54,910 nt of DNA from Pseudomonadota bacterium (GCA_034659075.1 JAYEGM010000005.1:1-54910), one strand, 5' to 3'. Shown: positions 35,274 through 46,210, counted from the first letter of the stretch. Notes: generated by a model from the letters alone, not told the origin. A program made the numbers and translations.

Positions 35274-35789
35274 TTACTTGCTGCGCAGCTTCTTTAGCAC
35301 CAGTTCGGTGATATTGGCTTTTTTACTGGCAAAAAGCACGCCTTCGGCCAGGATCAAATCAAACTTATTTTCCTTGCCAACTTCATTAATAGCTTCCCGT
35401 ACGACCTTTTGCAAGACCTTTAATTCTTCATTTCTACGCAGATTATAATCTTCGCGAAATTCATCTGCTTCGCGTTTGATGCTACGAGTAATCCTGGTTA
35501 TTTCCGCTTCTTTCTTTGATAGCTCAGAAGCCTTCATAACCAGTTTGTTTTTTTCCAGATCCGCTTCCAGCTTCTGGATCTTTTTCTGTTTTTTGCGAAT
35601 AGCATTATCACGCGGACTGAACTCTGCTTCAATTTTCTTCGTAGCAGACTCACCCTGAGGCGCTTCTTCAATTAATTTGACCAAATTAACAAAGCCAATT
35701 TTTGTTTCAGCAGAAGAGACCGCTGGAAAGAATGTCATCGCAAGTGCCAGAGCTGCAATAACTTTAATTTTATTAGACATGGTTTTCAT
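35274..35789 (-). CDS. skp: Periplasmic chaperone Skp/OmpH
   Basis: Signal peptide, KIGFVN, long basic coiled coil; between bamA and lpxD. Confidence 0.9.
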   Translation of the reverse strand: MKTMSNKIKVIAALALAMTFFPAVSSAETKIGFVNLVKLIEEAPQGESATKKIEAEFSPRDNAIRKKQKKIQKLEADLEKNKLVMKASELSKKEAEITRITRSIKREADEFREDYNLRRNEELKVLQKVVREAINEVGKENKFDLILAEGVLFASKKANITELVLKKLRSK

Positions 35790-35824
35790 TTCTCAAGATT
35801 GTGGTACTGCAATTCTATAGTTTA

Positions 35825-38116
35825 CTAGAATCCTCTACCAATTGTGAACTGGAATTTTTCAAGATCATCCCCTTCTTCATCATTGATTGGCAATGCATAA
35901 CTGAGGGCAAGTGGGCCGACGGGGGAATACCAGAATAAACCAACACCATAGGAATACCGCAAGGCGTTCAGGTCAACCTCCTCATTCGTACCAAACACCA
36001 TGCCTCCATCGACAAACAATGACAGCCGCTTGTCCTTTTTCTCGCTTCCTGGGAAGGGAATGAGTAGATCAACCCCACCGACGACTCTACGGCTGCCACC
36101 GAAAGGATCTCCATTACTGTCCACAGGACCCAGCGAGCGAGCCTTATAGCCCCTGACAGAACTGGTGCCGCCTGCATAATAGTTTTTGTAGAAAGGGAAT
36201 ATTTTAGTATCGCCATAAACATCACCATAGCCAAGATCACCACTAAACTTCAGCACCACCTCACTGATGGTGGGTAAATGCCAGGAAAATGTTGCCCCGG
36301 TTTTGTAGTAGTTAAGCTGACTGCCCGGAAACGATGCTTCACCGAGAAACCGGGCATAAAACCCCCTCGTGGGATAAAGAATACTGTCACGCGTATCATG
36401 CAGCCAGGTCGCGGTAGTCTTCAAATACCAGTCATCCGGATGAACGGCTATATAAGCCCGAATTTCATCAGGCGTGCCATCTGTTGTAGAAAGATGAGTA
36501 CGATCAGGGCCGAAACTAAAACTAAAACTGTTATTTTCTGACAATGGTACGCGATAATTAACACCAAGACTCAAGGTTTCATTGATGTATCTTGAGATAT
36601 CCGCCTCGGCCGCATCAATATCAGTGAAGGTCATATAGAACCCACGACTGACACCATTGACGGTATAGTATGGGTTAAAATAGCGAATTCTTATTGATTT
36701 TGTGATTTTGGATGTGTCTACACTCAAATCCAGCTCTCTGCCGGAACCAAACAGGTTTTTCTGATTAATACTTGCCTGCAGCAGGACACCATCCGACTCG
36801 GAATACCCCAACCCGAACATCATACTGCCGGTTTGTCGCTCTTTGACCCGGACATTTACATCAACCTGATCTTCAGTACCAGGAACCGCCGGCGTTTCTA
36901 TGTTGACGTCCTCAAAAAAACTCAGCCTCTGCAAGCGTACCTTTGAACGCCTGACATCTTTGGTAGACAGCCAGCCGCCTTCAATTTGCCTGAGTTCACG
37001 CCGGATAACTTCATCTCTTGTTGTGGTATTTCCGGAAATATTAATCCGCCTGACATACACCCTTTTAGATGGATCAATGGCAAAAACAAAGGCAACCGTC
37101 CGGTTTTCCTTGTCTATGTCAGGTATCGCATTAACGTTGGCAAACGTATATCCGGACTCAGCCAGTCTGTCACTGATTGCCTTGCTGGTTTTTTCTACTT
37201 CCTTGCGGGAGAATATATCACCATTGAAGATGGTCACCTGGGCCTTTAGGTCTTCTTCAGGCACCACGAATTTTCCACGCAGACTGACCTGCTTTATGGT
37301 ATAGACCTTACCCTCGGAGATATTAATGGTGATAAATATTTTCTTTTTATTCTCACTGATCGACACCTGGGTGGACTCAATTTTAAAATCCAGATATCCA
37401 CGGTCCTGGTAATAACTGCGCAAGGCTTCAAGGTCACCGGCCAGCTTTTGCTTTGAATACTGGTCAGTCTTGCTGAGGAAATTAAGTTTTTTCCAGCCTG
37501 TTTTTGGTTTTACCTTAAAATCCTTTAACAGCTTTTTGTCAGAGAAAATGCTGTTTCCTACAATAGAAACATCACCCACCCGGGCTGTTTTCCCTTCCTT
37601 TATATCAATATTTATTTTTACCCGGTTTCTTTCCAGAGGCGTAACCGTTGTTTTGATTTTTACAGAATATTTTCCGCTGCTGTAATACTGTGTTCGAAGT
37701 TCCTGAGACACCTTGTCCAGAATGGCTTTTTTGAATACCAGCCCCTCGCCAAAACCTACCTGCAACATGCCTTTTTTCAGTGCTTCAGTTTCGAATTCCT
37801 TGTTACCGGAAAATTCGACACTGGCAACTGTCGGGCGCTCGACAATATCAACAATCAGTACACCGCCTTCCCGGCTTAGCTCGATATCCTGAAAAAACCC
37901 GGTATCAAACAGTGCCTTTATGGCATCGTTTACTTCATTGTCATCGACAAAATCCCCCACCTTAATGGGTAGATAATTAAAGATAGTACCGGCAGAGATC
38001 CGCTGTATCCCATTGACCTGGATATCTGTAACCTCAAACTCCTCCAGTGCCAGGGCCTGCATAGACCACATGAAAAAGGCAACAAGCCCCACATAAACTA
38101 TCTTTGTTTTAATCAT
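35825..38116 (-). CDS. bamA: Outer membrane protein assembly factor BamA
   Basis: POTRA repeats, T.DEVIRRELRQ, VRGY motif, SPVGPL, terminal F. Confidence 0.96.
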   Translation of the reverse strand: MIKTKIVYVGLVAFFMWSMQALALEEFEVTDIQVNGIQRISAGTIFNYLPIKVGDFVDDNEVNDAIKALFDTGFFQDIELSREGGVLIVDIVERPTVASVEFSGNKEFETEALKKGMLQVGFGEGLVFKKAILDKVSQELRTQYYSSGKYSVKIKTTVTPLERNRVKINIDIKEGKTARVGDVSIVGNSIFSDKKLLKDFKVKPKTGWKKLNFLSKTDQYSKQKLAGDLEALRSYYQDRGYLDFKIESTQVSISENKKKIFITINISEGKVYTIKQVSLRGKFVVPEEDLKAQVTIFNGDIFSRKEVEKTSKAISDRLAESGYTFANVNAIPDIDKENRTVAFVFAIDPSKRVYVRRINISGNTTTRDEVIRRELRQIEGGWLSTKDVRRSKVRLQRLSFFEDVNIETPAVPGTEDQVDVNVRVKERQTGSMMFGLGYSESDGVLLQASINQKNLFGSGRELDLSVDTSKITKSIRIRYFNPYYTVNGVSRGFYMTFTDIDAAEADISRYINETLSLGVNYRVPLSENNSFSFSFGPDRTHLSTTDGTPDEIRAYIAVHPDDWYLKTTATWLHDTRDSILYPTRGFYARFLGEASFPGSQLNYYKTGATFSWHLPTISEVVLKFSGDLGYGDVYGDTKIFPFYKNYYAGGTSSVRGYKARSLGPVDSNGDPFGGSRRVVGGVDLLIPFPGSEKKDKRLSLFVDGGMVFGTNEEVDLNALRYSYGVGLFWYSPVGPLALSYALPINDEEGDDLEKFQFTIGRGF

Positions 38117-38146
38117 TGTCCAGTTCTTATTTTGTTCAGACTTACG

Positions 38147-39508
38147 TTAGGGGAACAATCGGCCCAGGTCGTTATAAACGGCAAGGGACATTAATAAAAA
38201 TAGCAGCAGGATACCAACTTGCTGGCCCCATATCATCACTTTTTCAGGCACCGGCTTTCTGGTGACCGCCTCTATTGAGTAATAAAGCAAATGGCCACCG
38301 TCAAGAACAGGTATAGGCAGCAGATTAAGTACACCCAGACTTACGCTCACAATAGCCAGAAACAATATAAAACTGCTAAAACCAACCTGTGCTGATTTAC
38401 CTGCATATTGTGCAATAGTAATCGGGCCACTTATATTTTTGCTGGATATTTCAAGAGTGACCATTTTTGCCAGCATACGCAGCGTTAATACAGACATCAT
38501 CCAGGTCGTCTCAGTGCCACGATACAGAGACTCCATCAAACCATAATCTACAGTGACTATCCGGTCTTCAGGGATATCGACCGGCTGCACACTGATGCCT
38601 ATGCGCCCAATCTCCCTGTCACCATCAGTTGCCCTCTCCGGTGTGACATAAAAGGATTCAGAATAGCCATTTCGGGAAATATCCAGTTTCAGCTGCCGGC
38701 CCGGGCTGGCTGATATTAATCTTACGACATCATCCCAGCTGCTAATCTTTTCACCATCGATAGCCGTAATTAAATCACCCTGCTTTAAACCGGCAACAAA
38801 TGCCGGTTTGCCGCTGACGACCTGATCGATAACTGGCAAGACCTCTGGATACCAGCCGATTAGCCCGATGCCACCTGCCACCAGCCTGGCATCAATTTTT
38901 GACATAGGCACATCGGCAAGATTCAAGGCACGTGCGATTTTACTACCGTCGCTGGTCTCGACTTCATACTGGACCATTTTGCGTGCCAGCGCCTTACTAA
39001 ATAAATACAGGCGCTGCTCCTGCCATGTATTAAGCTTCCGTCCATCCACTGACAGCAGCACATCACCTTTGCGAAAGCCGCCGGCTTCAGCAACAGAGCC
39101 CTCAACCACCTTGCCGACAACTGGCGTAAGGCCCTCCATACCCCCGGCAAATACCAGGCTGTAGGCGGCTATGGCAAAAAAGAAATTAAACATGGGGCCG
39201 GCCAGAACAACCAGCATTCGCTTCCAGATCGGCTGCCGGTTAAAAGCCCGATGTTTATCTTCTTCAGGCACCTCGCCTTCGCTTTCATCCAGCATCTTGA
39301 CGTAACCACCCAGAGGAATAGCACCCAGGGCGTATACCGTGCCGTCGCTCGCAGTACGTGACCAGATTGCTTTACCAAAGCCAACTGAAAACTTCAGAAC
39401 TTTTATGCCAAGCTTTCGTGCGACCCAAAAGTGCCCGAATTCATGCACGGCCACCAGTATGCCCAGTGCTATGATAAATCCAGCAATACTATATATAATC
39501 TCTAACAT
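38147..39508 (-). CDS. rseP: RIP metalloprotease RseP
   Basis: HEFGH, PLGGYVKM, two PDZ domains, NLLPIPVLDGG. Confidence 0.96.
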   Translation of the reverse strand: MLEIIYSIAGFIIALGILVAVHEFGHFWVARKLGIKVLKFSVGFGKAIWSRTASDGTVYALGAIPLGGYVKMLDESEGEVPEEDKHRAFNRQPIWKRMLVVLAGPMFNFFFAIAAYSLVFAGGMEGLTPVVGKVVEGSVAEAGGFRKGDVLLSVDGRKLNTWQEQRLYLFSKALARKMVQYEVETSDGSKIARALNLADVPMSKIDARLVAGGIGLIGWYPEVLPVIDQVVSGKPAFVAGLKQGDLITAIDGEKISSWDDVVRLISASPGRQLKLDISRNGYSESFYVTPERATDGDREIGRIGISVQPVDIPEDRIVTVDYGLMESLYRGTETTWMMSVLTLRMLAKMVTLEISSKNISGPITIAQYAGKSAQVGFSSFILFLAIVSVSLGVLNLLPIPVLDGGHLLYYSIEAVTRKPVPEKVMIWGQQVGILLLFLLMSLAVYNDLGRLFP

Positions 39509-39528
39509 ATTGATATAATTATACTTAT

Positions 39529-40755
39529 TTAATTACCGTGCACTCGCTGTGAAAATGCAGACAGGCGATCCACGGCAAAATCCCGTGCCAGCTGATCTGC
39601 CGCCAGGACATCCTCCAATGCTTGCTCAGGTTTATGACCAACCGCTTCCATAGTTTCTTCTACCAGCTGAACAATCTGGTCGAAACGAATTTTTTCCTCG
39701 AGGAATGCCTGTACAGCTACCTCATTTCCTGCATTCAATATTGCCGGCAGTGTACCACCCGTCTCAGCAGCAGTACGTGCCAATGACAAAGCAGGAAATT
39801 TTAGCATATCCGGTGCCTGAAATTCTAAGGCAGAAATTTTTAACAGATCCAGCCTTTCAACACCGGCATCTATGCGTTCCGGCCATGCAAGAGCATGTGC
39901 GATCGGCGTGCGCATGTCCGGATTACCCAACTGCGCAAGCAGGGAGCCATCGGCATACTCAACCATCGAATGAATAACACTTTGCGGATGGACCACAATT
40001 TTGATCTGTTCGGGACTGGTAGAAAACAGCGCACAAGCTTCAATTAATTCCAGTCCCTTGTTCATCATGGTGGCTGAATCGACGGATATTTTACGCCCCA
40101 TTACCCAGTTCGGATGAGAGCATGCCTGCTCAGGTGTAATTGTATGAAAGTCGGCCCGGTCCAGATTGAGAAAAGGCCCGCCAGAGCCGGTCAATAAGAT
40201 TTGCCGAATCCCGTAATCTGGCAACTCATGCTCGACCGGTACAGCCGTTGCCTGCTGAACCGCAGCTGGTAAACACTGAAAGATGGCATTATGTTCGCTG
40301 TCTATAGGCAGTAACACAGCGCCGGAAAGCTTTGCTTCATCTATAAAGAGCTGCCCCAGCATCACCAGCGGCTCCTTGTTTGCAATCAGGACACGCTTGC
40401 CCGCTTTGACTGCAGCCAGTGTCGGCAATAGCCCTACAGCGCCAACAATACCGGCCATAACTGTATCCACTTCGTCCAGCTGCACCACATCGGCCAGCCC
40501 TGAATTACCATCCAGCACTTTTATTGGAGAGCCATTTTGGCCAAGCCGTTGCCGAAGCTCCGCAGCAGCCCCCTCATCAGACATCACGACAAATTTCGGC
40601 TGCCATTCCTCACATTGCTGAAGCATTCGGGTGATCTGTCGGTTGCCTGTCAGGGCGATGACTTTGAATCGCTGCGGGTGACGTCTGATCACATCAAGCG
40701 TGTTGATGCCAATCGTTCCAGTAGAGCCAAGTATACAAATGCCCTGCTGTTTCAC
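39529..40755 (-). CDS. dxr: 1-deoxy-D-xylulose 5-phosphate reductoisomerase
   Basis: LGSTGTIG, PIDSEH, HPNWVMG.KISVDSATMMNKGLE. Confidence 0.97.
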   Translation of the reverse strand: MKQQGICILGSTGTIGINTLDVIRRHPQRFKVIALTGNRQITRMLQQCEEWQPKFVVMSDEGAAAELRQRLGQNGSPIKVLDGNSGLADVVQLDEVDTVMAGIVGAVGLLPTLAAVKAGKRVLIANKEPLVMLGQLFIDEAKLSGAVLLPIDSEHNAIFQCLPAAVQQATAVPVEHELPDYGIRQILLTGSGGPFLNLDRADFHTITPEQACSHPNWVMGRKISVDSATMMNKGLELIEACALFSTSPEQIKIVVHPQSVIHSMVEYADGSLLAQLGNPDMRTPIAHALAWPERIDAGVERLDLLKISALEFQAPDMLKFPALSLARTAAETGGTLPAILNAGNEVAVQAFLEEKIRFDQIVQLVEETMEAVGHKPEQALEDVLAADQLARDFAVDRLSAFSQRVHGN

Positions 40756-41600
40756 TATACAGATACACCTGCTGCAAGAAGATCGAACTGATAAAGCACA
40801 AGCATATAAGGCGGCAAAGCGGCACAGGCACTGTCTATACGATCGAGTACACCGCCGTGCCCAGGCAAAAGCTTACCCGAATCCTTAACCCCTGCCCTGC
40901 GCTTGTAAATACTCTCAAACAAATCGCCCGTTACTGAAAGTAGCGTAATAAAAACAACCGCGATCAGCCAGTAGATTAATTTATCTGCCGGTAGCTCCCA
41001 GATCAGTACACCCACCATAGCAGCTATTAATAAAGCCCCGGCGAGTCCGCCTATGAGCCCCTCTACAGTTTTACCCGGACTGATTCGAGGAGCCAGCTTA
41101 TGTTTACCCAGACTGCGACCCGCCAGATAGGCACCGGTATCGGCTGACCATATGATAAAGAAAAACACCAGCAACAACTGAGGCGCAGCTGAGTCCTGTG
41201 CCTTTAGTATCTGCAGGCCGAGTATTGTTGGTAGCAATACAAAATAACCATCCAGCCACGCCAGCGGACCATTCCCAGAGGGGCTTTGCGAGGCACTATT
41301 CTTATTCCCAAAGCGAAACAGGCGGACAATTACCAGCAGCCATATAACGAAGACTAAAATAAACAACGGCCTTCCAGCCAGCTCGTAATACTGAACCGTG
41401 ACAACGATGGCCACCCCGACGGCTATATATGCGACTCTCGTAAAGGGCGCTTTGATCGCACTTAAATTTGCCCACTCAAAAAGACTGAGAACCAGAATGA
41501 CAAGAAGAAAGAGTGCAAAACTCAGCGTATCCATTAGAAATAACGCTGCAAGAAAAATTGGCAGCAGCACAGCTATGGTCAATAAGCGCTGTTTAAGCAT
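40755..41600 (-). CDS. cdsA: Phosphatidate cytidylyltransferase
   Basis: SPGKTVEG, GDLFES..KR..GVKDSG..LPGHGGVLDRIDS. Confidence 0.96.
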   Translation of the reverse strand: MLKQRLLTIAVLLPIFLAALFLMDTLSFALFLLVILVLSLFEWANLSAIKAPFTRVAYIAVGVAIVVTVQYYELAGRPLFILVFVIWLLVIVRLFRFGNKNSASQSPSGNGPLAWLDGYFVLLPTILGLQILKAQDSAAPQLLLVFFFIIWSADTGAYLAGRSLGKHKLAPRISPGKTVEGLIGGLAGALLIAAMVGVLIWELPADKLIYWLIAVVFITLLSVTGDLFESIYKRRAGVKDSGKLLPGHGGVLDRIDSACAALPPYMLVLYQFDLLAAGVSV

Positions 41601-42369
41601 GACCTGCCCTGGCTACCTGCTCACTAGTTTTTCCATAGCGACGTTCCCGACCGGCAAACCACTGCAGAGCATCAGAAAAATGTTCTTTTGAAAAATCAGG
41701 CCATAGAGTATCGGTAAAATATAACTCGCAATAGGCCAGTTGCCAGATCAGAAAATTGCTGATTCGCTGTTCACCACCGGTACGAATAAATAGATCAGGA
41801 TCAGGAATTCCTGCAGTAACCAGATAGCTGGAAATCAGATCTTCATCGATCTTCTCCGGGTCTATTTCACCTTTGGAAGATTTATCAGCCAATTGCCTGC
41901 AGGCCTGAGTGATATCCCAACGACCGCCGTAGTTAGCGGCAATAGTCAGCTGCAGACAGTCATTACATGCCGTACGCATTTCTGCCTTCTTGATCAGTTT
42001 GCCGATACGCTTGCCGAAACGGTCCAGGTCACCAATAATACGTAAACGCACGCCATTCTCTACCAGCGCATCAATCTCTTTTTCCAGTACAGCAATGAAA
42101 AGCTCCATTAACAGCTTTACTTCACGTGGCGGTCTTTGCCAGTTTTCACTGCTGAAGGCAAACAAAGTCAGGTGTTCTACTCCCCTGTCACCGCACAGAC
42201 GGATGATTCGTCGAACAGTATCAGCACCTTTGCGGTGCCCCATTATACGTGGCTGCCCCCTGCTTTTCGCCCAACGGCCATTGCCATCCATTATTACAGC
42301 GATATGGCGGGGAGTGCCGGGTTCAGGATTTCTTTGACAGGGTGTTTTTGTATTTTCGGCCGCAGACAT
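41593..42369 (-). CDS. uppS: Undecaprenyl diphosphate synthase
   Basis: HIAVIMDGNGRWA, FSSENW, IRTGGEQRISNF. Confidence 0.96.
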   Translation of the reverse strand: MSAAENTKTPCQRNPEPGTPRHIAVIMDGNGRWAKSRGQPRIMGHRKGADTVRRIIRLCGDRGVEHLTLFAFSSENWQRPPREVKLLMELFIAVLEKEIDALVENGVRLRIIGDLDRFGKRIGKLIKKAEMRTACNDCLQLTIAANYGGRWDITQACRQLADKSSKGEIDPEKIDEDLISSYLVTAGIPDPDLFIRTGGEQRISNFLIWQLAYCELYFTDTLWPDFSKEHFSDALQWFAGRERRYGKTSEQVARAGHA

Positions 42370-42464
42370 TATTCCGAATCAGGAATGCTGGAAAAGGAAA
42401 ACCGACAGTTTAGCCCAGCCGGTATGATACTTAAAGGATTAACAAAACAAAGCAGTCAGGAGAT

Positions 42465-43022
42465 TTAAATCTCCATTAGTTCTTCTTCTTTTTCCTTCAA
42501 CAGGCTATCGATGCTGGCAATGCTGGAATCTGTTGCTTTCTGTACCAGGTCCTCGGCACGATGCTCATCATCTTCAGAAATTTCCTTCTCTTTCAGTAGC
42601 TCCTTGATATGAGAAATGGCATCACGACGAATATTTCTGACAGCCACTTTGCCGCCCTCGCCTTCACTTTTAACCAGTTTCACCAGATCCAGTCTGCGTT
42701 CCTGTGTCAGGGGAGGGATAGGAATACGTATAATATCGCCAGCTGACATGGGATTAAGACCCAGATCTGACTCAAGTATTGCCTTCTCAATGGCCTTTAC
42801 CAAAGTCTTTTCCCAGGGCTGCACCCCGAGTGTACGGGAATCCGCTACAGTTACGTTTGCCACCTGGCTTAACGGCGTTGGACTACCGTAATAATCAATT
42901 TTTATATTATCCAGTAACGCGGTATTGGCCCTGCCTGTTCGTAAGCGAGACAGCTCGCCCTTAAGTGCATCGACACTCTTGCCCATGCGCTTTTTTGCAT
43001 CATCAAGGATTTCATTAATCAT
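42465..43022 (-). CDS. frr: Ribosome recycling factor
   Basis: [24 protein letters not shown]. Confidence 0.97.
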   Translation of the reverse strand: MINEILDDAKKRMGKSVDALKGELSRLRTGRANTALLDNIKIDYYGSPTPLSQVANVTVADSRTLGVQPWEKTLVKAIEKAILESDLGLNPMSAGDIIRIPIPPLTQERRLDLVKLVKSEGEGGKVAVRNIRRDAISHIKELLKEKEISEDDEHRAEDLVQKATDSSIASIDSLLKEKEEELMEI

Positions 43023-43074
43023 ACTATTTTCCCCTGTGCCAGTATTGTTGTATCTATCAGGTTTGTCTGAATCA

Positions 43075-43788
43075 CTATTGATTCGTCACCAGGGTGCCTT
43101 CCGGCTGACCATCCAGTATTCTAGCAAGAGCACCAGCAGAACGCATTGCATAAACCCGTAATGGCAGGTCGTTCTCCATACAAAGTGTAATCGCTGTCAG
43201 ATCCATTACGCCCAGCTGACGCTGGAGCACTTCATTGAAATCAAGCTGCTGGAATTTCTTCGCAGCAGGGTCGATCTTCGGGTCTGCATCGTAAACGCCG
43301 TCAACCTGAGTCGCTTTCAGCAACAGGTCCGCGTTTATTTCGACAGCTCGCAGGCTGGCGGCGGTATCCGTCGTAAAATAAGGGTTGCCGGTACCTGCAG
43401 CAAAAACCACCACCATACCGGCTTCAAGATATTCAAGTGCCAGGCTGCGGCTGAAAGATTCAGTAAATGTTCCGACCTGAATGGCAGAAAGTACTTTTGC
43501 AGGGATATCGCTGCGATTGAGATTTTCAGCTACAGCGATGGCATTCATCACTGTTGCCAGCATGCCCATCTGATCTGCAGACACCCTGTCCATGCTCTGC
43601 GCGGCACCCGAGACACCACGAAAAATGTTACCGCCGCCTACCACAAGTCCTACCTGAGTGCCCCGCTGTATGGCTGTTTTTATCTCACCACTGACATATT
43701 CCAGCATGTCCTGGCTAATGCCGAAGTCCTGCTCGCCCATCAGGGCTTCACCGCTGAGCTTTAGCAGGATGCGGCGGATACCGCTCAT
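43075..43788 (-). CDS. pyrH: UMP kinase
   Basis: [25 protein letters not shown]. Confidence 0.97.
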   Translation of the reverse strand: MSGIRRILLKLSGEALMGEQDFGISQDMLEYVSGEIKTAIQRGTQVGLVVGGGNIFRGVSGAAQSMDRVSADQMGMLATVMNAIAVAENLNRSDIPAKVLSAIQVGTFTESFSRSLALEYLEAGMVVVFAAGTGNPYFTTDTAASLRAVEINADLLLKATQVDGVYDADPKIDPAAKKFQQLDFNEVLQRQLGVMDLTAITLCMENDLPLRVYAMRSAGALARILDGQPEGTLVTNQ

Positions 43789-43794
43789 CGCAGC

Positions 43795-44679
43795 TTAGGC
43801 CCCTTTTACCTGTGCAGCGACTTCTGCAGCAAAGTCTTCGACCTTTTTCTCTATGCCTTCACCCACTTCAATGCGTGAAAACCGGCTGACAGCAGCATTT
43901 TCAGATTTCAGCAGTTTTCCAACTGAAGTCGCGGGATCCTTAACAAAGGCCTGGCCTTCCAATGCCACCTCATTAAGAAATTTATTGATGCGACCGGTAA
44001 TCATCTTTTCAATGATCTCTGGTGGTTTGCCACTTTCAGCTGCCTGCGCGGTGAAAACTTCTTTCTCTTTCTCAACGGCTTCAGCAGGCACTTCATCCGG
44101 ACTGATGCAAAGCGGCTTCAATGCAGCAACATGCATAGCGACATCCTTTCCCAGATTTTCATTACCGCCGGCGCTGCTTACCAAAACGCCTATCTTCAGG
44201 CCATGCTGGTAACTGCTGACTACTGCATCAGCTTCTGCCTCGATTCTTTCAAAACGGCGCACGGTGATATTCTCACCTAACCTGGCAATCAGCGTACGGC
44301 GGGTGCTATCAACTGTTTCACCGGATGGCAACTCTGCTGCATTCAGTGCATCAATATCGGCAGGATTACTGTCAGCCACGAGTTTCGCAATATCAGCGGC
44401 GAAACCCTGAAAATCATCACCCTTGGCAACAAAGTCTGTTTCAGAATTTACCTCAACAATAACACCTAACTTCCTGTCATCACTAATATAAATACTTACT
44501 ACGCCTTCTGCTGCAACACGACCGGCCTTCTTGTCAGCCTTTGCTGCTCCGCTGGTACGCAACAACTGCACAGCAGCATCCATATCACCGTCTGTTTCAG
44601 TCAGTGCTTTTTTACATTCCATCATGCCTGCGCTGGTACGTTCACGCAGTTCTTTAACCATAGATGCAGTAACAGCCAT
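43795..44679 (-). CDS. tsf: Elongation factor Ts
   Basis: VKELRERT.AGMMECKKAL, NSETDFVA. Confidence 0.98.
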   Translation of the reverse strand: MAVTASMVKELRERTSAGMMECKKALTETDGDMDAAVQLLRTSGAAKADKKAGRVAAEGVVSIYISDDRKLGVIVEVNSETDFVAKGDDFQGFAADIAKLVADSNPADIDALNAAELPSGETVDSTRRTLIARLGENITVRRFERIEAEADAVVSSYQHGLKIGVLVSSAGGNENLGKDVAMHVAALKPLCISPDEVPAEAVEKEKEVFTAQAAESGKPPEIIEKMITGRINKFLNEVALEGQAFVKDPATSVGKLLKSENAAVSRFSRIEVGEGIEKKVEDFAAEVAAQVKGA

Positions 44680-44723
44680 CTCGAATACCCTCTATTTGTT
44701 CAATTAAATCGGTAAGATGTTGT

Positions 44724-44757
44724 TGGCGATGTCCGCTTATTAAACCGGACACCGCCA
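44724..44757 (-). terminator. Hairpin in rpsB-tsf spacer (possible attenuator)
   Basis: TGGCG-a-TGTCCG ... CGGACA-c-CGCCA stem; no clear U-tract. Confidence 0.4.
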
Positions 44758-44789
44758 CAATGTGATAAAGCCGTGCAGCCGTACCTGTC

Positions 44790-45767
44790 TTACTCGTCGC
44801 CCTTGCTTGCGGCTGCTTTCTTGACAGCCTTCTTTTTTACCGCTTTTTTCTTCACAGCTTTCTTTTTCACAGCCTTTTTCTTGACTGCTTTTTTAACTGC
44901 CGGTGCTTCTTCTGCGGCAGGCGCAGCATCAGCAGCAAGCTCTTCAGATTCTACTTTACCGGTATCTGCTTTTTTTGCTTCCGTTGCATCACTATCAGAT
45001 TTCACTATTTCTATCAGTGCCTCAGCCTTGGCATCATCCATTTCAATAAAGTCGTCAGTTCCGGCAGCTGCAGGAGCCGTTGCTACAGAATGGCGCCCTT
45101 CGATAATGGCATCGGCAATTGTTTCAGCATAGAGTCGAATTGAACGAATCGCATCATCATTACCAGGAATGACATAATCAATGCTTTCCGGCTTACAGTT
45201 GGTATCAACCACCGCAACCACTGGTATGCCAAGCTTTTTCGCTTCGGCTATGGCTATGTATTCATATTTAACATCGATGATGAATAGTGCATCCGGCAGG
45301 CCATTCATGTTCTTGATACCGGACAGCGAGCGTTCCAGCTTGGTGCGTTCACGCTCGATGCGCAGACGTTCTTTTTTGATCAACTTATCGGCCTGACCAC
45401 TTTCAAACTGTTCGTCCAGCTCTTTCAGACGCTTGATTGAATTGCGCACAGTCTTGAAATTGGTCAGCATACCGCCTAGCCAGCGGTGATCGACATAAGG
45501 TGAAGCAGAGCGTATCGCTGCTTCACGGATAACTTTACTTGCCTGGCGCTTGGTGCCGACAAACATAACATTGCCGCCTTTAGACGCAATCTTTCCGAGG
45601 AAATTACTGGCTTCCTCAAACAGTGGCAGGGTTTTCTCCAGATTAATGATATGGATCTGGTTGCGCTCACCAAAGATATAGGGGCGCATTTTGGGGTACC
45701 AGAAACGTGTACGGTGGCCGAAATGAACACCAGCTTCCAGCATATCGCGAAGCGAAATCTTAGACAT
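44790..45767 (-). CDS. rpsB: 30S ribosomal protein S2 with long C-terminal extension
   Basis: [26 protein letters not shown]; acidic then (KKKAV)n tail. Confidence 0.97.
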   Translation of the reverse strand: MSKISLRDMLEAGVHFGHRTRFWYPKMRPYIFGERNQIHIINLEKTLPLFEEASNFLGKIASKGGNVMFVGTKRQASKVIREAAIRSASPYVDHRWLGGMLTNFKTVRNSIKRLKELDEQFESGQADKLIKKERLRIERERTKLERSLSGIKNMNGLPDALFIIDVKYEYIAIAEAKKLGIPVVAVVDTNCKPESIDYVIPGNDDAIRSIRLYAETIADAIIEGRHSVATAPAAAGTDDFIEMDDAKAEALIEIVKSDSDATEAKKADTGKVESEELAADAAPAAEEAPAVKKAVKKKAVKKKAVKKKAVKKKAVKKAAASKGDE

Positions 45768-45937
45768 CTAAATTCTCCGTTCGGGTTACATTCACATGGG
45801 TTGCAACGCCAGTCTGGCAAACGATTAGTCTGTCAAACACCCGGGCTCTGCTATTGTTCCCACGATCATTTTAGTTAAGTCATTAATGACAGCGTTTTTC
45901 AAAATCAGGTGGCCCGCAACTCAGGGCTCCTGAAAGA
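45768..45937 (-). promoter_or_regulatory. rpsB 5' leader (probable S2 autogenous operator, t44-like)
   Basis: About 170-nt leader between promoter and ATG containing GGGTG and AACCC motifs seen in gammaproteobacterial rpsB leaders; fold not computed. Confidence 0.5.
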
Positions 45938-45954
45938 GGCGCGTTTATAGCACA
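45938..45954 (-). promoter_or_regulatory. rpsB extended -10 promoter with GC-rich discriminator
   Basis: Minus strand TGTGCTATAAA-CGCGCC, resembling the E. coli rpsB promoter TGTGGTATAAA-GCGCGC. Confidence 0.7.
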
Positions 45955-45963
45955 TATACGTCG

Positions 45964-46121
45964 AAGTTCCAAGCTCCATGCTTAAAGGCTAAAAACCCAA
46001 TACCATGGTTCGTCTTTCGTCTTTCGTCTTTCGTCTTTCGTCTTTCGTCTTTCGTCTTTCGTCTTGAAACTTGAAACTTGAAACTTGAAACTTGAAACTT
46101 GAATCTTGGAACGTGAAACTT
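45964..46121. repeat. Bipartite heptamer array: six degenerate A(A)NNNNN units, ACCATGGT palindrome, (TCGTCTT)x8, (GAAACTT)x5, GAATCTT GGAACGT GAAACTT
   Basis: Read directly; 16 in-phase units at 46010-46121. Confidence 0.92.
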
Positions 46122-46171
46122 CTTTTCCCCAATTTCCGTCAGGGATATCATTATTTTAGACTGAGTCCGGT

Positions 46172-46177
46172 TATAAT
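46172..46177 (+). promoter_or_regulatory. Candidate sigma70 -10 box for map
   Basis: Perfect TATAAT followed by GC-rich GCCCCGC, about 33 nt before the map ATG; no clear -35. Confidence 0.45.
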
Positions 46178-46210
46178 GCCCCGCAGTAAAAGAACCTGGT
46201 GGAATTATCA

